A stretch of 64,000 nt of DNA from an uncultured bacterium. Its GTDB lineage: Bacteria; Desulfobacterota; GWC2-55-46; JAJCZF01. Each line of letters opens with the position of its first letter. Position 1 is the first letter of the stretch. The notes under the pieces were generated by a model, which saw nothing but the letters and a program-made list of their open reading frames with translations, had not been told where the DNA came from and did not search any database. Positions 59,700-64,000 of the stretch are shown here, piece by piece. The translations under genes and the position numbers were made by a program. The stretch spans positions 686 to 64,685 of the forward strand of contig CBDVCO010000001.1 in the NCBI GenBank assembly GCA_965372515.1, read 5' to 3'.

Positions 59700-61145
59700 C
59701 TAAAGTTTAGGCATATTTTTCAACGCCTGCCTATAAAGCAACTCGTACTCCCCGGCCGAGACCTCCCATGAGAAATCCTCTTCCATGACCTTTCTCATAA
59801 GTTTAACCCACGGAGCTCCCTCCTTATATAAAGCGAGTGCCTCTCTAAGCTTCGCGATTAGCGCCTTTGAAGAGTACTTCTTGAACTTAAAGCCGTTACC
59901 CTTGCCGCCTCTATAGTCCTCAATCGTGTCGTTAAGCCCTCCGGTAGCCCTCACAACCGGGATCGTCCCGTACCTGAGGCTGTATATCTGATTCAAGCCA
60001 CAGGGCTCATAGTGTGACGGCATGAGGAATATATCGGAGCCCGCCTCGATCAAGTGGGCAAGCTCGTTATCATATCCGATCTGTACACCGACCTTGCCGG
60101 GGTTATCGCGCGCCAGTTCCTCAAAGAAACTCTCATACTCGCTATCTCCCGAACCAAGCACTACCAGAGAGAGATCCATCTTCATCAATTCCTTTACAGA
60201 CCCGGCGATGATATCAAGCCCCTTTTGCGGCGCGAGACGCCCGACCATGCCTACTATAGGGGTGCCGGCGGGCGTGGTAAGAGAAAAACGCTCGATAAGC
60301 TCACGTCTGGAGAAGAGCTTACACTTAGGATCAGCGGACGAATAATTGGCCGGGATAAGCGGGTCTGTCTCAGGGTTCCAGATCGAGTAGTCCACACCGT
60401 TCAGGACCCCGAAGAGCGCCTTTTCCCTTAATTTCAAGACCCCCTCCATGCCCGAGCCGTATTCCTTGGTCTGTATCTCCTTACAATAAGTACTACTCAC
60501 TGTCGTAACAATATCCGAGAAATTGATGCCCGCTTTAAGAAAGCTGATACTGCCCCAGAACTCAAGGCCGTCGACGGAGTTAAGCGCCAAAGAGAGCCCA
60601 GTCTCTATAAAACGGGAGGCGTTGAAGATGCCCTGAAAGGCCAGGTTGTGGATGGTAAAAAGAGAGGCGGTCTTATTAAAGAACTCATCCTTAGCGTAGA
60701 TGTCCCTTAGATATGCGGGTATAAGCCCGGTCTGCCAATCGTTACAGTGGATAATATCGGGCTTAAAGCCGACTGCCTTGAGTGTTTCCAGCACTCCTCT
60801 GGAGAAGAAGGTGAACCTACTGAAATTATCAAAATATTCGCCGGACTTCGTGCCGTAGAGATGGGGGCGGTCGAAGAATATGTCGCACTTTAAGAGATAT
60901 ACTGTGACGTTCTCCATGGAAGAGGTAAATATCTTCCCCTCCACCACCCTATCACCAATGGGGACCTTAATGGAAAGGCCGGTCGGCTCGATTACCACTC
61001 CGCTTGAATCGACCTCTCTATAGTAGGGCATAAAAAGAGACGTCTCCATGCCGAGCCTCTTCAAGGCTACGGGCAGGGCGCCCGATACGTCGGCGAGACC
61101 GCCAGTCTTGGCAAAGGGCGTCACCTCGGAGGAGACAAAGGCCAC
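59700..61145 (-). CDS. glgA: Glycogen synthase. A GTG start at 61145 gives a canonical N-terminus; the ORF-track ATG at 61202 would add a Lys-rich 19-aa tail.
   Basis: KVAFVSSEVTPFAKTGGLADV N-terminus, GT-B GlgA pattern, AAAGGGG SD before the GTG. Confidence 0.8.
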   Translation of the reverse strand: MAFVSSEVTPFAKTGGLADVSGALPVALKRLGMETSLFMPYYREVDSSGVVIEPTGLSIKVPIGDRVVEGKIFTSSMENVTVYLLKCDIFFDRPHLYGTKSGEYFDNFSRFTFFSRGVLETLKAVGFKPDIIHCNDWQTGLIPAYLRDIYAKDEFFNKTASLFTIHNLAFQGIFNASRFIETGLSLALNSVDGLEFWGSISFLKAGINFSDIVTTVSSTYCKEIQTKEYGSGMEGVLKLREKALFGVLNGVDYSIWNPETDPLIPANYSSADPKCKLFSRRELIERFSLTTPAGTPIVGMVGRLAPQKGLDIIAGSVKELMKMDLSLVVLGSGDSEYESFFEELARDNPGKVGVQIGYDNELAHLIEAGSDIFLMPSHYEPCGLNQIYSLRYGTIPVVRATGGLNDTIEDYRGGKGNGFKFKKYSSKALIAKLREALALYKEGAPWVKLMRKVMEEDFSWEVSAGEYELLYRQALKNMPKL

Positions 61146-61257
61146 CTTTAACCCCTTTACCCCTTTTGACCCTTTTGTTTTTTTTGCCGCCTTTGTCGCC
61201 ATATGGGGAGCTTAACAAAATAAGAGCCCCTTGCTCAAGGAGTTTTGCCATTTGACA

Positions 61258-62484
61258 CTACTTCACATCGATCCTCTTCACCCCAACAGGCCTCCATGCA
61301 GGGCTTATCACGCCGCTTGGCTCCTTATCATCAGCAAGTACAGCCCATGTAACTGTAAAACTCCCGAAGCGATCGTTTATCGAGTCCATCATCGAAAGCA
61401 GCTCCCCCCTCCTCCTGTCCGTCTCAAAGAGCTCCACCTGAGCGTCGCCCTTGACGAGTTTGCCTATACTTACGCCAATGAGCCTTAGCGCCATGGCGGG
61501 CCTTACCCTATCAAGGATAGAGCGCGCCGCAGAGCTTATCACACGCGCGTCGTCTGTAAACTCAGGGAGCGTAGCCTGTCTGCTGAAGGTAGTAAAATCC
61601 GCGTACCTGAGCGTCAATGCGACCTTCCCCCCCTTTAGAGCGTGGCGCCTGGCCCTGGCGGCGACCATCTCCGAAAGCTTTAAGATATACCTCTCTATAA
61701 GCGCGCGCTCTGAGATATCGCGTGGCAGCGTGGTGGAGTGGCCGATGCTCTTTACCTCTCCCCTATCCTCTTCAGTAGGTAAGAGAGGGGAAGGGTCCAT
61801 GCCGCGCCCCATGAGCGACAATCTCTCGCCGATTATGCCGAACCTGCTTCTTAAGAGCCCCTTAGGGCAAGCGGCGAGTTCGGAACACGTCCTTATATTC
61901 ATAAGGGCGAGCTTTGCACTAAGTTTAGCGCCTATACCGCAGAGCGCGCTTACCGGGAGCCTCCTCAAGGTCTCTTCAATATCGCCCTTTCCTATCACGG
62001 TCAATCCGTCGGGTTTTTCCATGGAAGAGGCGAGCTTCGCCATGAGTTTATTGGGCGCTATTCCAACGGAACAGGTAATGCCCACCTCACACCTGATACT
62101 CTCCTTTATGGCGCGGGCAATATCTTGAGGCTCTTTTAGATTAAGCCCCCTAAACTCCAAAAATGCCTCATCCACCGAATAGACCTCGACCAGAGGGGTA
62201 AAACGCTTAAAGATTGAGAATATGCGTGTGGAGGTGTCCGTGTACTTCCGGTTATCCGCTATAACGAATATAAGGGAGGGGCAAACGCGTCTGGCCTCGT
62301 ACTTGTTCATACCGGTCTTTACGCCAAGCGCGCGGGCTTCATACGAGCAGGTGGTAACGATTGTCCTTTCCCCCGAGCCTACGACCGCTATGGGCCTGCC
62401 TCGAAGCTTAGGGTTACACCTCTGCTCGACAGAGGCGAAAAAGGCGTTCATATCGATATGCATAACGACCCTTGGCATTGCCAT
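61258..62484 (-). CDS. dinB: DNA polymerase IV (Y-family).
   Basis: VMHIDMNAFFASVE N-terminus and the Y-family palm/fingers/little-finger pattern. Confidence 0.85.
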   Translation of the reverse strand: MAMPRVVMHIDMNAFFASVEQRCNPKLRGRPIAVVGSGERTIVTTCSYEARALGVKTGMNKYEARRVCPSLIFVIADNRKYTDTSTRIFSIFKRFTPLVEVYSVDEAFLEFRGLNLKEPQDIARAIKESIRCEVGITCSVGIAPNKLMAKLASSMEKPDGLTVIGKGDIEETLRRLPVSALCGIGAKLSAKLALMNIRTCSELAACPKGLLRSRFGIIGERLSLMGRGMDPSPLLPTEEDRGEVKSIGHSTTLPRDISERALIERYILKLSEMVAARARRHALKGGKVALTLRYADFTTFSRQATLPEFTDDARVISSAARSILDRVRPAMALRLIGVSIGKLVKGDAQVELFETDRRRGELLSMMDSINDRFGSFTVTWAVLADDKEPSGVISPAWRPVGVKRIDVK

Positions 62485-62497
62485 ATATACCTTACCC

Positions 62498-62854
62498 CTA
62501 CTCTATATTCTCAAGCGTCCACTGCATGGTGGCCTGGTTATAGGCGAGCTCATATAGGCTTGTTCCGTCGGTCACCGAGAAATGGGCTATCTTCATAGCC
62601 CCATCGCGGGTCTCCCACGAGTATGTGACCTCTTTGATCGAAAAATCCCTTTCTCGCCACGAGAACTTAACCGGCCTTAGCCCACCAAGCCCGCCAGCCC
62701 CTATATCAAATATAACGGCGACCCTTACGGGGTCGCCAACACTTGTAGACACAAAAAATCTCCGTAGAAACAAATAGTTAGATAGCAGAACAAGAAAAAA
62801 CCCATTTAGGTAACGTTTGTTACCTATTCTACTCATATAGAGCGCGCTTGTCAA
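62498..62854 (-). CDS. Hypothetical small protein immediately upstream of dinB. Start uncertain; possibly only the C-terminal 80 aa are real.
   Basis: ORF only. 14-nt gap to dinB suggests co-transcription. No recognisable motif. Confidence 0.3.
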   Translation of the reverse strand: MTSALYMSRIGNKRYLNGFFLVLLSNYLFLRRFFVSTSVGDPVRVAVIFDIGAGGLGGLRPVKFSWRERDFSIKEVTYSWETRDGAMKIAHFSVTDGTSLYELAYNQATMQWTLENIE

Positions 62855-62886
62855 GAAGGGTATTTGAGGGAGGTTCTATCTTGAGA

Positions 62887-64000
62887 TTAAAGGGGGATCC
62901 TCGTATTGAAGACCGGATAGGCTATTGGCTCAATATTATCATAGCCTATCGCCCTTCTCCGATCTTCATCGAGAAGGTGGTATCGAATGGTAACGTCAAG
63001 GGCTTTGGCAGTATTGCCGTTGTCCTTGAACTGAAAGTTGTATTTCCTCGGTAGGCCGTAGGCAAGGCGCGTGTCCTCGAGGTCAACGATAAAGGGTCTC
63101 CACAGTATCCGCCTCCTCATCTTATAGATTTTTTCTTTGATAAGACCCCCCGCACTGTCGAGCAGTCTCAGCTCAAGGGTAAGGTGTCTGTCCGGCGTTC
63201 CGGTGGGAAGATAATGGGCCGCGCCAGTATTCGTGATCGTAAAGACAAACTTTGTCAGATCCCCGTCTTTGCTGATCTCCTTCTCATATTCGACCTTCAA
63301 GGCATTCCTAACAGTAGCGGGATGATGGCCGCCCCTGAAAAAATGCTTGCGGCCAATGCGTTCTTTCCCTCCCGTCGCCACAGGCCGCCTGACCTCCGGC
63401 ATGTGGCAGCCCACGCAATCCGGCTCTTGCCCGCCTTCTTTTATCTCCGCCACGGTCCCGCACGGTGGAATTCTATAAAATGTGTCCCACCTCTTACCTG
63501 AAACCACGTGACATCTCTCGCAGTACTTCATGCCGCTCCTCATCTGCGGGTCAACAATTACAGCGTGAGGGGCGCTGGTCGTCTCAAAAGGCCCGACAAT
63601 CTTACCTGCCTTTATATGGCAGACGGCGCAGGTCACTCCCTCGTCCCTTAGCGCGCCGTCATAGTTCGGGTTAGGCTCTAGAATTGGTTTGAATTTACCG
63701 GCGTCCTTGAATCCGAGGACAAGCCCTTCCTGTTGGTTGACGAGCGGGGTATGGCAGTTCAGGCATATCTGCTGTGATCCGTCATAAACAAAATCTACCT
63801 GAAAATAAGGGTCCTCCCAGGCAAGCGCGTGCATGGAGCCTGACCATTCTTTGTATATCTCCACGTGGCATGAGCCACACTCCCTGGCGCTTATAGACTT
63901 TAACCCCTCAGGGGTCTCGACCTGAATCGGCATGGAGAAGCTTTCATCTACAACGAAGATATTTATTGGACGAAGAAAACGCCAGCCGAAGAAGGCGACA
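62887..64000 (-). CDS. Multiheme (at least 5 CxxCH) c-type cytochrome, 5' end outside the window.
   Basis: CGSCH, CLNCH, CAVCH, CERCH, CVGCH. The reading frame stays open upstream of Met 63933 to the window edge, and the upstream residues look like the end of a signal/TM segment. C-terminal non-heme domain with a TNTGAAHYLPTG motif. Confidence 0.65.
   Translation of the reverse strand, partial: VAFFGWRFLRPINIFVVDESFSMPIQVETPEGLKSISARECGSCHVEIYKEWSGSMHALAWEDPYFQVDFVYDGSQQICLNCHTPLVNQQEGLVLGFKDAGKFKPILEPNPNYDGALRDEGVTCAVCHIKAGKIVGPFETTSAPHAVIVDPQMRSGMKYCERCHVVSGKRWDTFYRIPPCGTVAEIKEGGQEPDCVGCHMPEVRRPVATGGKERIGRKHFFRGGHHPATVRNALKVEYEKEISKDGDLTKFVFTITNTGAAHYLPTGTPDRHLTLELRLLDSAGGLIKEKIYKMRRRILWRPFIVDLEDTRLAYGLPRKYNFQFKDNGNTAKALDVTIRYHLLDEDRRRAIGYDNIEPIAYPVFNTRIPL

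Noticed and set aside
61146-61202. Lys-rich 19-aa N-terminal extension of GlgA (MATKAAKKTKGSKGVKGLK), possibly a histone-like tail.
   Set aside because: A GTG at 61145 with an upstream AAAGGGG SD gives the canonical GlgA N-terminus (VAFVSSEVTPFAKTGGL). The extension is most likely untranslated.

Overview
This is a 64-kb bacterial chromosomal window (about 55% GC) with no rRNA, tRNA, CRISPR array or obvious mobile element. By eye the gene content looks deltaproteobacterial, with Geobacter-like features, but I cannot assign a lineage from sequence alone.

The left half (0.4-27 kb) is mostly housekeeping genes:
- Nucleoside and rRNA-modification genes: mtnP, a PfkB kinase, cspA, rlmN, a GntR regulator, rluD, pgeF, coaE.
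- An ion-homeostasis cluster: TauE/SafE transporter, DUF190, a YHS-domain protein and a CLC channel.
- folK and a DapL-type aminotransferase.
- A long minus-strand block: lepA-lepB-xerC-hslVU-argB-prmC-argD-[three tandem hemerythrins]-argF-argG-FAH.

The centre (27.3-43.5 kb) is an accessory locus, and I rate it the most interesting part of the window. Two paralogous 702-aa TMTC/PMT-like GT-C glycosyltransferase+TPR membrane proteins bracket a cluster of exported redox proteins:
- a c7-like triheme lipoprotein
- an NHL-repeat lipoprotein
- a Thr/Gly-rich tetraheme cytochrome c of the doubled-CXXCH type
- a PpiC/SurA-like foldase
- a monoheme cytochrome c lipoprotein
- an apparently co-transcribed four-gene unit: diheme cytochrome c fused to an FGE-sulfatase domain, a membrane spermidine-synthase-like protein, a Cys-less FGE-like lipoprotein, and a 660-aa outer-membrane beta-barrel

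I know of no described system with this architecture.

The right half contains:
- a 911-aa orphan protein with cryptic class-III nucleotidyl-cyclase-like motifs
- LarE-like and ThiI-like PP-loop enzymes
- an M50 protease
- an NtrB/NtrC-like pair
- thiE
- a nitrogen-regulated porin-amt-glnK-amt cluster with a sigma-54 promoter, leader and inter-gene terminators and a nearby ANTAR response regulator (GnfR-like antitermination logic)
- glgA and dinB
- a partial multiheme cytochrome at the window edge

A triple tandem 105-118-bp repeat lies in the lepA upstream region.
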